A DNA stretch of 64,000 nt from a virus, in IMG/VR virus record IMGVR_UViG_3300009124_000002, positions 1-64,000 of that record; one strand, 5' to 3'. The position numbers were made by a program, and so were the translations under genes. Positions 53,633 through 63,604 of this stretch are shown in pieces. Position 1 is the first letter of the stretch. The number at the start of each line of letters is the position of its first letter. Below the pieces are notes generated by a model. The model had not been told where the DNA came from. It ran no database searches and was given only the letters and a program-made list of their open reading frames with translations.

Positions 53633-54579
53633 AGGTAATTCTTCACTCCCTCTTTTATGTAGTCCCAATACAGACCCGATTCAACTTCCTCGATTGTGAA
53701 GTGTGTCTTTTTGTATTTGCGTAAAAGACCTTCTGCATCATTCGTTGTCTCTTCTTCGTATGATTTTGGGGAGAAGTTATATGCAAATGCAGATGGATGT
53801 GACACAACGGTTCTCTTTCCCATGACAATAGACTCACAAGATGCTGATGAGCTACTGAAGATATGAGTTGCTTTATTTGAAGATAGCGACTCCATAAACG
53901 TCCCCTTTTGTGGAAGCAGAAAGTTTACTTTTGGAAACTCGTTCTTGATCTTATCGTAGTAAATGTGGTCAACTTCTCGGGTAAAACTCCTGAAAGTCCT
54001 TCTTGCCTTTGCTGATGTGTTGCCGGGGTGAACTCGTATGGTGATATGAGTTGCTTTTAGATCACGAATCAATTCATATGCCCACTTAAATTGGTCTACG
54101 CCACAACGACCATAACCCCCCAGACGATTCAAATTGATGACGACCAAACCATCTTTAGTCTTCTGTGGTTTACTAATTTTCAAATTTGAAAAAGCATTGT
54201 TTCTTTCTTCGGGTATATTCTCTAGGAAATACTCAGCTTCATGGTCATATACTGAACGAAACGGAAAACGAGCGACATACATTTCGCCATTCAAATCTTT
54301 GAGAACATCATTCTCAAAGAAGAATAGGTTCTTGTTTCCATTCATGAATATGTTCTTTCTATATTGCATGTATGGAATAAGGTCATCTTCTGGTGCGTGT
54401 AAGTCAACAAAGGAGAACATTAGACCAATGTCCGATTTAACATAGTCAATATCATTTGATTCTACAACAGAAACGCCATGTTTTTTTGCGCCAGCAATGA
54501 ATGCATTTATCCCACCAACCTTATGTTTATGATATAAAGCTTTATTGGGTATTGTTCTTTTGTAGACTACAAGTTTCAA
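53629..54579 (-). CDS. GT-B capsule-biosynthesis (KpsS/KpsC-like) protein
   Basis: IRVHP...SSSASCESIV.GK...T.F..EE..SG. Confidence 0.55.
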   Translation of the reverse strand: MKLVVYKRTIPNKALYHKHKVGGINAFIAGAKKHGVSVVESNDIDYVKSDIGLMFSFVDLHAPEDDLIPYMQYRKNIFMNGNKNLFFFENDVLKDLNGEMYVARFPFRSVYDHEAEYFLENIPEERNNAFSNLKISKPQKTKDGLVVINLNRLGGYGRCGVDQFKWAYELIRDLKATHITIRVHPGNTSAKARRTFRSFTREVDHIYYDKIKNEFPKVNFLLPQKGTFMESLSSNKATHIFSSSSASCESIVMGKRTVVSHPSAFAYNFSPKSYEEETTNDAEGLLRKYKKTHFTIEEVESGLYWDYIKEGVKNYL

Positions 54580-54580
54580 A

Positions 54581-55432
54581 TCAATGGAGAGACATATGTT
54601 GCAGTTTCATGATCTTGGGTAAGAGATTCTTAAATTCATTCATACTGAATTCATTTGATGCTAATGAACCAACCCATCGATTAAAGCGGTCATCATCTGG
54701 GTAGTATATATCATCAAGTGACTCATACACTTTATCTATGCACCCAGATACTGGATTCGATAAGCTAAACGAATCTGATATGACGGGAACGCCATGTTTT
54801 AATGAGTCTAGTCCAGTTAGTGATTGTGACGTAACAGTGAGACAGGCATTGTCCAACATAGATTCAAACGGGATACTTTTTTTTGCTCTATCCTGATAGG
54901 TTCTTACTACAAAAGGTTTACCTAAAGGCTCAAGGTTTCGCTTCACCTTTTCAAGCCAGTCTGAAATTTTAAAGCCATGACTAACCGCAATATATTCGGA
55001 TGGAACCACTACAAGTATGTAATCCCCACCCGGTTTTCTATGCACATATTCAACTCCAGTATCTCCAACAATTTGTTTGGTGATGCAACTTAAACGGGTA
55101 TTGTTTATAGTAAACGAGTATTTGGCAGACTGTTTGTTAATACCACGTTTATGGCGAGAGTATAGATATCCATTATCCACATAAATGAAATTGATTTGTT
55201 GTTGTAGCAACTTATTAATGATAGGGCAAACTCCAAAATGCCCAAACATAAAGTATATTGCGTCTTTTTTATAGTCTAAGTTTGGATGCGCATTCCAAGT
55301 CGCGCCTTTTACAAGTGGAGTATTGGGGGTTATTAGTTTGGTCTCCTTAGCACCACTGAGGCGTAGAAAACAGTTTACTAGTTTTAATTTTCTGCTTCTT
55401 TGATTTGAATTTGCTAAAGCGATTAGTTTCAC
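54581..55432 (-). CDS. GT-B capsule-biosynthesis (KpsS/KpsC-like) protein
   Basis: DNGY...YILVV.P...VVR...VTSQS.TGLDSL..GVP...W..SLA..EFS..E. Confidence 0.5.
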   Translation of the reverse strand: MKLIALANSNQRSRKLKLVNCFLRLSGAKETKLITPNTPLVKGATWNAHPNLDYKKDAIYFMFGHFGVCPIINKLLQQQINFIYVDNGYLYSRHKRGINKQSAKYSFTINNTRLSCITKQIVGDTGVEYVHRKPGGDYILVVVPSEYIAVSHGFKISDWLEKVKRNLEPLGKPFVVRTYQDRAKKSIPFESMLDNACLTVTSQSLTGLDSLKHGVPVISDSFSLSNPVSGCIDKVYESLDDIYYPDDDRFNRWVGSLASNEFSMNEFKNLLPKIMKLQHMSLH

Positions 55433-56094
55433 TCAGGCAACATCTCCTTATAGTATTCATACCACTCTTCTGAGTAGTCAGTATCGCGAAACTCCTTAAA
55501 CCAAGGTCCACCCTCAGTGTAGTGGATGTTATGAACATCAGATTTGGTTTCATACTCACCAGCAAGCCAGTTCCATTCCAGAGGAATGTCCCCGATTAGT
55601 TTCTCTGATTCCAACCATTTGAATTGATGTAGTTGTAATCCGGTAGCAGTGTTCACATACTCAGGAGTCAGGTTCCAACACTTCTCGCAGTTCATGAGCA
55701 TGAAGGATGACCAGTTCTTCTTCTCATACTTGGTCTGAACCTGTCCGAGAAACTTCTTCTCTGACTTGGGAGTATAATCATGCTTACAGACTTGAATTGC
55801 ATACTTGTCATCACGCAAGTCCCATAGTTTTGAAATGTCTGAAACCGTGAGCATATCACAATCCATAAACAGTGCCCACCCCTTGTAGTTCATCAGGTGG
55901 GGGACCATGAATCGACTGAATGAAAACTCAGTAGATGAGAGTGCATTGCGCTCCCGTGTGAAGACATCATGAAGGTTGTTCAGTGCAATGGGAGTTATCG
56001 CAAGAGGCTTGGTGCTGTTCTTAATCAGACTCCATGAAAGAGTGTTGTAAGCAGCACGTTCCTTGCTATCAAATCCAATGAATATGTTGATCAT
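55429..56094 (-). CDS. GT-A glycosyltransferase (GT8-like, STEFS type)
   Basis: IFIG.D..E...STEFSFSRF.VP.L..Y.GWALFMDCD...KNWSS..L.NC...LH.F.W...EWN.L.GE...HYTEGGPW. Confidence 0.82.
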   Translation of the reverse strand: MINIFIGFDSKERAAYNTLSWSLIKNSTKPLAITPIALNNLHDVFTRERNALSSTEFSFSRFMVPHLMNYKGWALFMDCDMLTVSDISKLWDLRDDKYAIQVCKHDYTPKSEKKFLGQVQTKYEKKNWSSFMLMNCEKCWNLTPEYVNTATGLQLHQFKWLESEKLIGDIPLEWNWLAGEYETKSDVHNIHYTEGGPWFKEFRDTDYSEEWYEYYKEMLPE

Positions 56095-56705
56095 ATCTTT
56101 TTATTTACAAAGACCATGCCAGTATCGACCATGAAGGAGATACCTTTCTTCCTCATTGACTTTACAATTGGCATGGTGGAGTTGCTTCTAAGTGATTCTG
56201 TTAAGACCTTTGATTGGTAAAGATGATACTCTTTAAATTTATCTATCCAATAAGATGCTTCTTGACAGTTGACATGGTGATACCCCTTTTTACCCGGCAA
56301 AGCATGAGTCATAACAACATATTTGCATCTTTTCATGATGTCTACGTAGTTTGGTATATATTGCTGATCTACGTGTTCTACAAACTCAACACACCAACAA
56401 ACATCATACAAGTTAAGCGGAAGTTCCTTCACGGTCCCTTTGGTGAAATCATGAATAATGAATTTTGATTCATCAAATCTTTTGATGGTGAAGTCGCCAT
56501 CAATACCAACAACATGATTAAATCCAACTTTTAATGCCTCTTCGACCATTCCACCGGGACCACATCCAAGGTCACAAAATGACTGGCATTCTAATTCATT
56601 ATGCAACCAAGTTAAAGCCCCTCGGTCAATATGAGTTAGATTAGAATGACCGCCGAGATGTTTTCCTAATTTAGAACCATCCATATCTTTTCTTGACTTC
56701 TTCAT
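56091..56705 (-). CDS. class I SAM-dependent methyltransferase
   Basis: HLGG...D.G...DLGCGPG...GIDGD...HDF..G...W.VEFVEHV...A.PG..G.HHVN.Q...YW. Confidence 0.8.
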   Translation of the reverse strand: MKKSRKDMDGSKLGKHLGGHSNLTHIDRGALTWLHNELECQSFCDLGCGPGGMVEEALKVGFNHVVGIDGDFTIKRFDESKFIIHDFTKGTVKELPLNLYDVCWCVEFVEHVDQQYIPNYVDIMKRCKYVVMTHALPGKKGYHHVNCQEASYWIDKFKEYHLYQSKVLTESLRSNSTMPIVKSMRKKGISFMVDTGMVFVNKKI

Positions 56706-57612
56706 AGCACTTCATTAGATGATTTATAGGTTTAAATGAAAGAATTTCTTTTTTGTTCCACTGCGTATAAGCAAGGTTATGCAGCCATTGTGCCCTATCA
56801 AATTCAACAATATCATTTTCAATGCTTGAGAGGTCATGATTAGAAACCTCCCAAGCCATACAAGATGGACAAGTAGACCAAGTTGGGATTCCTTCGCAAA
56901 CACTTTCTGTCAGTGTGTTTGATGACATTCCGACCACGGCGAAGGCTCCAGCAAAATCTTCATACAATCCTCTTCCTCCCCATCCTTGTTTAGTGTGGAC
57001 CCCATCATAATTAGAACTTATCTCCAGACCATCAATTTCAAGTCTATTGATAAGATCAAGTTGCCGCTGAATAAAACAGGATGCAATAGGATGAAGTCTT
57101 ATTCGTATCTTTCTGTCAGTGTGTCTTCGTATCTCCCTCAAGACTGAATCCAAATATCTAAAGTATTTCTCTGAACTATATTGCCCACCCTCCCATGCTA
57201 TCTTCATTAAGGCACTATCTTCTGGCTTTTGGAGAATGAATAGAATATACCCATCATCTGGACGACACCAATCCTTGATGTCGATATTGAGATCCTCCTT
57301 AATTTTATTCCATCTATCCGGTGGGCAGTCTTTGTTATTATATTCTCCATCATCTCTGGTATATGAATTCCATGAAAATCTATAATAATACTCTTTACCT
57401 AATCCAATTTGCCTAAATGCCGGACTTTCAAAAACAATGACTGGCTTTCTTGATTCTCTTATGGTATCAATGCTGACTTGCTCTTCATAATTCTTTCCCT
57501 TTATGTTATGCTGTAACCAAACATCAACATCGTCTGCCGCCGTCGCCTGTTTAATATCTGGTGGGAGAATTCTTTGGATTCTTTTCTTTAAATGTAAGTA
57601 ACCAAACCTCAT
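56671..57612 (-). CDS. GT-B capsule-biosynthesis (KpsS/KpsC-like) protein
   Basis: ILFILQ.PED.A...IR..TDR.I.IRLHP...SSN...ESV.EGIP...R.QWL..LAY.QW...E. Confidence 0.6.
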   Translation of the reverse strand: MRFGYLHLKKRIQRILPPDIKQATAADDVDVWLQHNIKGKNYEEQVSIDTIRESRKPVIVFESPAFRQIGLGKEYYYRFSWNSYTRDDGEYNNKDCPPDRWNKIKEDLNIDIKDWCRPDDGYILFILQKPEDSALMKIAWEGGQYSSEKYFRYLDSVLREIRRHTDRKIRIRLHPIASCFIQRQLDLINRLEIDGLEISSNYDGVHTKQGWGGRGLYEDFAGAFAVVGMSSNTLTESVCEGIPTWSTCPSCMAWEVSNHDLSSIENDIVEFDRAQWLHNLAYTQWNKKEILSFKPINHLMKCYEEVKKRYGWF

Positions 57613-58343
57613 GTTACGAGATACTTATTTTCTGGACTCCTGAGATTGTCTTTTCTCTTGCCTTTGCAATGGTCATAGATTGAACCAAGGACACTCCATG
57701 CTTGAACATGACCAGTCCCTTTCCCTTTGAAGTTTTTCTTAGTGAATCCAATATTGTGATTTTTCACACCATGCTTTTTTTCAAATTCAATCCTCACTTG
57801 GTCAACAACATAACTATCATGCCACTCACGAAGTTGGTATATTTCATCGTTTGAATACATGTCCTGTAATCTCCTCGCCCATGATTTGGTTTGCTCATGA
57901 TTCGTATTGAAGTAAAGGAATCCGCATTCCGAATACTTTCTAATCCTACCAAGATATGCCATCATGCATTCGTCTTTATGGATATTTGAACTAACCCACT
58001 CATGGTCTATTGGTTTATAGAACACACTATCGGCATCAATGTAGATAACTCCATCATAGTCAGTTCTATTCAAGATCAGGTCAGTGTAACCATACACTTT
58101 GTAGCAAAATCTAACCCCATCGTAAAGAAATGACTCTACAGGCTTATCCTTGTTTCTCTCGACAAACTCTTTACATTCTGGAACATCTTTGAATAGGTTT
58201 ACCGTCTTCCCCTTTGGGGCAATCCAATCTGCATCCTCCGTATATGTAAACAGATCAAAATCCCAATTGTATGTTTCATAGAACTTATGACCATAGTAGT
58301 CATAGAGTTTCTTATTCAGTGATGTTACAACTGCAATCTTCAT
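57609..58343 (-). CDS. GT-A glycosyltransferase-like protein
   Basis: VVTS...Y..YG..F...D.VRF..KV...IDAD...YLGR...SE.GF..F...EWHDSY...H.KG.RK. Confidence 0.7.
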   Translation of the reverse strand: MKIAVVTSLNKKLYDYYGHKFYETYNWDFDLFTYTEDADWIAPKGKTVNLFKDVPECKEFVERNKDKPVESFLYDGVRFCYKVYGYTDLILNRTDYDGVIYIDADSVFYKPIDHEWVSSNIHKDECMMAYLGRIRKYSECGFLYFNTNHEQTKSWARRLQDMYSNDEIYQLREWHDSYVVDQVRIEFEKKHGVKNHNIGFTKKNFKGKGTGHVQAWSVLGSIYDHCKGKRKDNLRSPENKYLVT

Positions 58344-58927
58344 TTCAGAATATCTTGAATCTTGGAAAAGGTATCATCGTCTTCTGTCCAGATAGCTAGA
58401 CAAACATCCATCACCTTTCCACATGGCTCTGTGATTAATACATTCTTCATGTCTTTTACAATGGAATAGCATCCAAAGTTTTCCCTGTCAAATCCACCAT
58501 GAATATCGTTGATGTAGTAATCATCAAACACAACAACCTTGCTTCCACTAACAGATTTGAAATCTCCAATAATAGATTCTACTCTATGGTCACCATCAAT
58601 GAATACCAAGTCAGCACTCTTTGGATTTTTCCAGAGAGTTTCTTGCGTTACGCCCTTGATCAACTCAACACGGGAAGCGTGTTCCTTTAATCTTTGCTTT
58701 ACTTGAGAAACAGTGTGAACTCTCTTACCGTTTCCAACCATCTTGTGAAATTCTTGGTCAGAGAAATCGAACACATCATATCCTGTATATGTCGTATCCT
58801 TTGGTGCAGTGTCCAGCATCCATTTTGCCGTCTTGCCTTTCGCTACACCAATTTCAATGATTGATTTTGGTTTCAATTCTTCAATCAGTCTGAAGATATA
58901 TCCATATCTTGATTTTATCTCATTCAT
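58340..58927 (-). CDS. class I SAM-dependent methyltransferase (Methyltransf_24-like)
   Basis: IIEIG...G...Y.GYD.F...LIKG.T..TL...DLVFIDG.H....I..D...VFDDY. Confidence 0.82.
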   Translation of the reverse strand: MNEIKSRYGYIFRLIEELKPKSIIEIGVAKGKTAKWMLDTAPKDTTYTGYDVFDFSDQEFHKMVGNGKRVHTVSQVKQRLKEHASRVELIKGVTQETLWKNPKSADLVFIDGDHRVESIIGDFKSVSGSKVVVFDDYYINDIHGGFDRENFGCYSIVKDMKNVLITEPCGKVMDVCLAIWTEDDDTFSKIQDILK

Positions 58928-59349
58928 CTTCGCTTTGGTATCTTGTCGTGTGGTATGTGAGTGTATCTCTTAATCATCTGACGTTCTGCTGTTGAGGTTA
59001 TCATGTATCCCTCAATTGCCTTATATCCGTTCTCCAATGCCCACTTGACTCTTTTGTGACCAACATGAACATATAGACCGGGAATAATCTTACCATCCTT
59101 ATCTACGTTGGTTCTCTCTGGGTTATTTGGTTCTATTTCAATTCTTCTTTTAACCCACTTATGATCGTGTGTAGATACCGCAATTGGATACATCATACCT
59201 GCCTTCTGAAAGCTTTCATTGTATCCAAATTTCTCCATACGAGCATTGAGCCAAGCATCAGAGGGGAGAAAGCGAATGTCCTTTACATCAAACAGTCGAA
59301 CGCAAAGTTTGATTTCTTTTGGATGGAAGTTTGCTTGTAGTATTTTCAC
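58924..59349 (-). CDS. hypothetical protein, ParB/sulfiredoxin-like
   Basis: GM.YPI...V.VG.KR..WA...GY..IE. Confidence 0.5.
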   Translation of the reverse strand: MKILQANFHPKEIKLCVRLFDVKDIRFLPSDAWLNARMEKFGYNESFQKAGMMYPIAVSTHDHKWVKRRIEIEPNNPERTNVDKDGKIIPGLYVHVGHKRVKWALENGYKAIEGYMITSTAERQMIKRYTHIPHDKIPKRR

Positions 59350-59687
59350 TTAGTCACACCACCACTATTGAGCCTCTCAATGTCATCATGAGAAAACTCT
59401 GCCCAATACAACTCAAAAGCAATACCATCTTCAAGCCCAATGAATTGATGAAAGACTCCCGGCTTCACCTTTGTGAAATCACCGGCACCAAGAATTGTTT
59501 CATCAATAAGGTCACCGTTCCAGCAACGGACCATCATCTTACCAGACTCAACAAAGAAACCATTGCTCTTTGTCTGATGTCGATGTTCGCTACATTGATA
59601 TCCTGCCTTGAATTCAATTCTATGAAATTCAAGACAATGATTCTTGAAGACTTCTTCTGTCTTACCCCATACCTTTCCAGCAATCAT
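59346..59687 (-). CDS. cupin-domain protein (sugar isomerase-like)
   Basis: KVWG...CS.H.H..K...F.VESG...L..GD...V.PG..HQF. Confidence 0.72.
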   Translation of the reverse strand: MIAGKVWGKTEEVFKNHCLEFHRIEFKAGYQCSEHRHQTKSNGFFVESGKMMVRCWNGDLIDETILGAGDFTKVKPGVFHQFIGLEDGIAFELYWAEFSHDDIERLNSGGVTK

Positions 59688-59875
59688 AGTTCGTAATCTT
59701 CATCTTCGTCATGCCCATCTATTCTTTCCATACAAAATGGACATATTGTAGGTTCATTTTCTTCGTATTCGTCATCCTCTAAATCATTCTCTACATCATA
59801 GGTCGAGTGGTTGAAATCGTGCCACTCAATAGAATATGTAGTCCGGCAGGACGGGCATGTAGTTTGAAAAAACAT
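59684..59875 (-). CDS. small zinc-ribbon protein (CPSC...CPFC)
   Basis: TAATG coupling to the nrdJ stop; two CxxC; acidic. Confidence 0.6.
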   Translation of the reverse strand: MFFQTTCPSCRTTYSIEWHDFNHSTYDVENDLEDDEYEENEPTICPFCMERIDGHDEDEDYEL

Positions 59876-61836
59876 TATCTTATGGGGCAAACCCCGCCCT
59901 CACATTCAATACCCTCAATCATTTCATTTGAGGTCTGAATCGGCGATATGGGTTTAACTTTCTTTACCATCTTCTCATATTGATCTGCATCAATTTCTTC
60001 GTATGGTGCTTGGGTGAATCCATGATCAGAGTGAAGAAGGAACGAGACACTCTTGATATGATTTTTGAAATTCTTTGCCAACCAATCTTGAATCTCTGGA
60101 AGCTCTTCCTTGCGATAGTAGACAGTGCAGGATACCGCATTATCTGCCCACTGAGATTGAAGAGTCTTGATGAGTTCAAGTTGGTCAATGGCACTCATGT
60201 CCTTGGCGACAGTTGCATTCTCATCGAACTGACAGGGAAACTCAACAACCACGGTATCGTGATTCTCTGTTCCATCGAAGTTCTTGGCAAACTCGGTATG
60301 ATAACCAAGGTCACGACAAACATCGATAAGTGAATCGGTTGCTGCCATGCGAATACGACGAATGAAGTAATGAGAGAATGCCGGATGGACACCGGGAGTA
60401 GAACCAGCAAGGATGCTTAATGTGCCACTAGGTTTAACGGTAGTCAACTTAATGGAGGGATTATGACCATTCTTCTCGGAGTATTTCTGGTCAAACTCAC
60501 GAAGTTTCTGATAGGTATAATCCAACCAATCCATCTTATGTTGACTCTGACAGATACCAGTCACACCAAGACCAATACGCATGTTCTTGTGAACGATCTT
60601 ATTGGTATCTTCATGGATGAATGGTAGCGCACATATTGCCTTCTGAGTCTTATACAGAAGCTTTGCACATTCATACATCTCTTCCTTGGATTCGATATTG
60701 TTGAGATACAGTTCACTTAGGTTACAACACTCATAGTTGCCCAGAGAGATTTCACCGCATGGATTGGTCCCCACGACGTTATCCTTATTGGTGGGATACA
60801 GTTCAGAACTGCGAAGGTTTCCGTCAGAAATACGACCATACTTTTCTGACAAGGGAAGGTTGAAAAGACCGTAAGGTTCACCATTGCCAGCATAACCTTC
60901 CCAGAGAGCATCAGATGTATGGTCATAAGAGTCACAGTAAATCGTGTTATTGGACATGGCACGGTAGTTTGGAATACCGCCCAAGTCCCAACGCTTTGCC
61001 CGAAGAAAGAGAAAGTCATCAGGATCACCAATTGCAATCTCTGCGCTTCTACGAACATTACCAGCAACAACAATGGAACCAATGATGTTATTGATATCCA
61101 GAACATCCAGTGAGCGAAGTTTCTTACCCTCTCGACTCTTGAATACCTCACAGATTTTTGTGATACCATCAATCAGAATAGAGGGACCAGAGGCAGTGCC
61201 ACCGAAACCACGAATCTTTTCACCAGCACCACGAATCAGAATGGTTGAATAGGTAAATCCTTTACCAGTCTCAAAGAATGAATCCAAGACCTTGCGAAGA
61301 AGATATACCCAACCCTCACGGGAATCAGGAACAATGAAGTCGGCATCATTGGTTGCCTTTCCATCAAGTTCATCATGAGTAATCTCAACATCAGGTTTGA
61401 TTCGAGGGAGTTCATGGACATCCTCACGGCGAACAGAAAACCCAACACCACCACCAAGCATGAGGTTCTCGAAAAGGAATGTGAATGCCTTTGGTTCATT
61501 CATCTGAGTGAACCAGCAGTTCAGGAGAGAGTTGGCACCAAACCGTTCGACGGTAGGGGTGCCAAGTTGCCAGAGCATACGTCCAGCGAAGTTACATTTC
61601 AGATTGAAGACATGATCAAAGAGCTTCTCTGCTTCCTTTTGTGCGTAATTGGCACCAAGGCTTTGCGCTCCATTGATGCATCTCTGAACGGTCTCATGCC
61701 ATTCTTCTGTTGTGCCATCGTCCTTTAAGCGAGCATAGGTGCGCTTGTAAACGATGTAACCAAGACCATTGAATCCCCATTTCGGGGTTTTGTTTGCGTA
61801 TGTTGATGCGAATTCGTCAGAGATGATATTTTCCAT
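59875..61836 (-). CDS. nrdJ: class II (adenosylcobalamin-dependent) ribonucleotide reductase, monomeric RTPR type
   Basis: RTY.R...GR.LW.LG...LLNC...LM.G.GVG...DSREGW...GFGG.ASGP...VAGNVRRSA...TNPCGEI...CNL.E...TVKPSGT.S...GVHP; C-terminal CEGGVCPIR. Confidence 0.93.
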   Translation of the reverse strand: MENIISDEFASTYANKTPKWGFNGLGYIVYKRTYARLKDDGTTEEWHETVQRCINGAQSLGANYAQKEAEKLFDHVFNLKCNFAGRMLWQLGTPTVERFGANSLLNCWFTQMNEPKAFTFLFENLMLGGGVGFSVRREDVHELPRIKPDVEITHDELDGKATNDADFIVPDSREGWVYLLRKVLDSFFETGKGFTYSTILIRGAGEKIRGFGGTASGPSILIDGITKICEVFKSREGKKLRSLDVLDINNIIGSIVVAGNVRRSAEIAIGDPDDFLFLRAKRWDLGGIPNYRAMSNNTIYCDSYDHTSDALWEGYAGNGEPYGLFNLPLSEKYGRISDGNLRSSELYPTNKDNVVGTNPCGEISLGNYECCNLSELYLNNIESKEEMYECAKLLYKTQKAICALPFIHEDTNKIVHKNMRIGLGVTGICQSQHKMDWLDYTYQKLREFDQKYSEKNGHNPSIKLTTVKPSGTLSILAGSTPGVHPAFSHYFIRRIRMAATDSLIDVCRDLGYHTEFAKNFDGTENHDTVVVEFPCQFDENATVAKDMSAIDQLELIKTLQSQWADNAVSCTVYYRKEELPEIQDWLAKNFKNHIKSVSFLLHSDHGFTQAPYEEIDADQYEKMVKKVKPISPIQTSNEMIEGIECEGGVCPIR

Positions 61837-61894
61837 AATTGTTCTATTTCACGTTCACTGTGAAATTATATAGTATCACAAAACTCAGTTGAAA

Positions 61895-62278
61895 TCAATC
61901 AAGTTCTTGGCTATCACTTAATTTCATTTTCCAATTTGATATTTCAAGTTTTCCTAGTGGCTTTTCGATGTCCATGTCGGCAAGTCTTTCATTCTGGATA
62001 ACCAATTTTGTGCCGCCGTATATAACGCCATCTCTTATCTCATACAGAAAGAAAGTGCTCTTTGTGATACCAACACGGACAAGCCTTCCGGGTCTTCCAT
62101 TGACGATCACAATGTCGTCTTCGTTGTAATCGTTTCCCAGAAAGACGAATATCCCAGCAACAAGTTTCTCAAGAGTTGACTTGAAAATAAGTGTTAATAG
62201 ACCAGCAAAAAGTAACCAAGAATTATCCTTTATGAAATGCTCAACCGCGTTCTTCAGAACCGTTGTTTCGTTTTCCAT
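61895..62278 (-). CDS. membrane protein with MscS-like beta domain
   Basis: TM helix, then AG......Y..DD...V.G..G...R.GI..ST.....L.I.N. Confidence 0.5.
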   Translation of the reverse strand: MENETTVLKNAVEHFIKDNSWLLFAGLLTLIFKSTLEKLVAGIFVFLGNDYNEDDIVIVNGRPGRLVRVGITKSTFFLYEIRDGVIYGGTKLVIQNERLADMDIEKPLGKLEISNWKMKLSDSQELD

Positions 62279-62957
62279 TTGTTTCCTTTTGGATCATAGT
62301 TGACTCTTCATCACTATCCATATCCAATTCAGAACGGAATGGCATTGGCTTGGTTGCAATGGAACCCGCCACAGTAGTTTCCTCCACATCACTTTCAGTC
62401 ACGTAGATTTTTTGTAAAGTGTTACGATGCTCGACTTCAAAAACCGAGACATCAAAAATGGTCCCCACGGGTTGTGGTCTGTGAACCTCAACAAGTGTTC
62501 CCTTGAAGGCAAGCAACTCGCCAGTCATTGGCAGTGCAATATCATGCTTCAATTGATACATACCTTCGGGGAGGTAACCACCATCATCGACCAAGAGCCA
62601 ACTCTCGCTCAGGTCCAGTTTCGTGGGGTCGATACCATAGGCTTCTTGTAGAATTCCCTTGATATCATCGTCCTCTAAATCTGTATTTTCCTTGATCAAC
62701 CAGAAGGCAGCAAGGTAACGGGCAATGGTTGATTTGCCCAATGGGATTTTTGCAAGCAGACGACGAATATTGAATACCAGACGATGAAAGATTGTGTATG
62801 CTTCCTTCTCTTCCTTTGTCTCTGGTTTCTTGAGACGTTCTCCGTTCATGTCCACAACACCAGCCTTGAAGGCTGCGGTCTTCTCCCAAGGCATTGTCAG
62901 GAGTCGAAGAAACCTCAATGCATAAACCGTATCTGCGCCTCTAAGTAGTAGTCCCAT
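62241..62957 (-). CDS. conserved hypothetical protein of T4-like phages
   Basis: D..YA.RFL.LL..PW....AF..G..D..G...AYT.FHRLV.NI.RL...AA..LIKE. Confidence 0.75.
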   Translation of the reverse strand: MGLLLRGADTVYALRFLRLLTMPWEKTAAFKAGVVDMNGERLKKPETKEEKEAYTIFHRLVFNIRRLLAKIPLGKSTIARYLAAFWLIKENTDLEDDDIKGILQEAYGIDPTKLDLSESWLLVDDGGYLPEGMYQLKHDIALPMTGELLAFKGTLVEVHRPQPVGTIFDVSVFEVEHRNTLQKIYVTESDVEETTVAGSIATKPMPFRSELDMDSDEESTMIQKETNGKRNNGSEERG

Positions 62958-62958
62958 T

Positions 62959-63327
62959 TTAAATTTCCTGTAGTTCTTTTGCGATTTGTAAATCGAGCTT
63001 TGTGTTTCCCTGTTGGCTCTCTGGCAGATAGTTCAGGAAGATTAAGAATGTCTTGAGCACTGAGTGCAAGTCATCATCAATCTTAAAGAACATCATTTTG
63101 TTTGCAGCAGAGATGTCATACACATTGTAGATGGTGATGATATGATTCAGCACCAGCCTTGTATTTATCTCATTCGTATCTTTGTATTTTCTTAGCAATC
63201 GAAGGACATAACTAAACCGACTCATGTCCTCATAAAAGTCTTTTATGTCTAGACACTGATTATTTCGATAGTGCCTTGCAGCATATAGTTCAAAGTTTTT
63301 AGATGTAAGCTCATCAAATAATCTCAC
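62959..63327 (-). CDS. conserved hypothetical protein of T4-like phages
   Basis: F..L...NF..YA...Y.N..C....F..D..RF.Y..RL...L.LNHII..YN...LK.FL.FL. Confidence 0.75.
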   Translation of the reverse strand: MRLFDELTSKNFELYAARHYRNNQCLDIKDFYEDMSRFSYVLRLLRKYKDTNEINTRLVLNHIITIYNVYDISAANKMMFFKIDDDLHSVLKTFLIFLNYLPESQQGNTKLDLQIAKELQEI

Positions 63328-63331
63328 GAAT

Positions 63332-63604
63332 CTATTTATGAAACAAATTAAACCATGCAGTCACAAATGCCCCGGCAATCGCGACAAAGAAAGCAACCAC
63401 GGTATTAAAGAATCCCTTTTGAAACCTGAGATTCTCTTTCTGCTCAACCTCAAGTTTATTGATTCGATACTCATTGGTCTGGTTCTTCTCGATCATTCTT
63501 CTGGTATGTTTCTCAAGGTTGCTGACCTTCTCTTCGGTCCTCACACTTGTAACCAGTAACGATTCAATCTTCTCTTCCAGTTTGTTAAAACGATCTTCAG
63601 TCAT
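63332..63604 (-). CDS. coiled-coil protein with C-terminal TM helix
   Basis: RF..LE.KI......R.EEK...heptads, then VVAFFVAIAGAFVTAW. Confidence 0.6.
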   Translation of the reverse strand: MTEDRFNKLEEKIESLLVTSVRTEEKVSNLEKHTRRMIEKNQTNEYRINKLEVEQKENLRFQKGFFNTVVAFFVAIAGAFVTAWFNLFHK

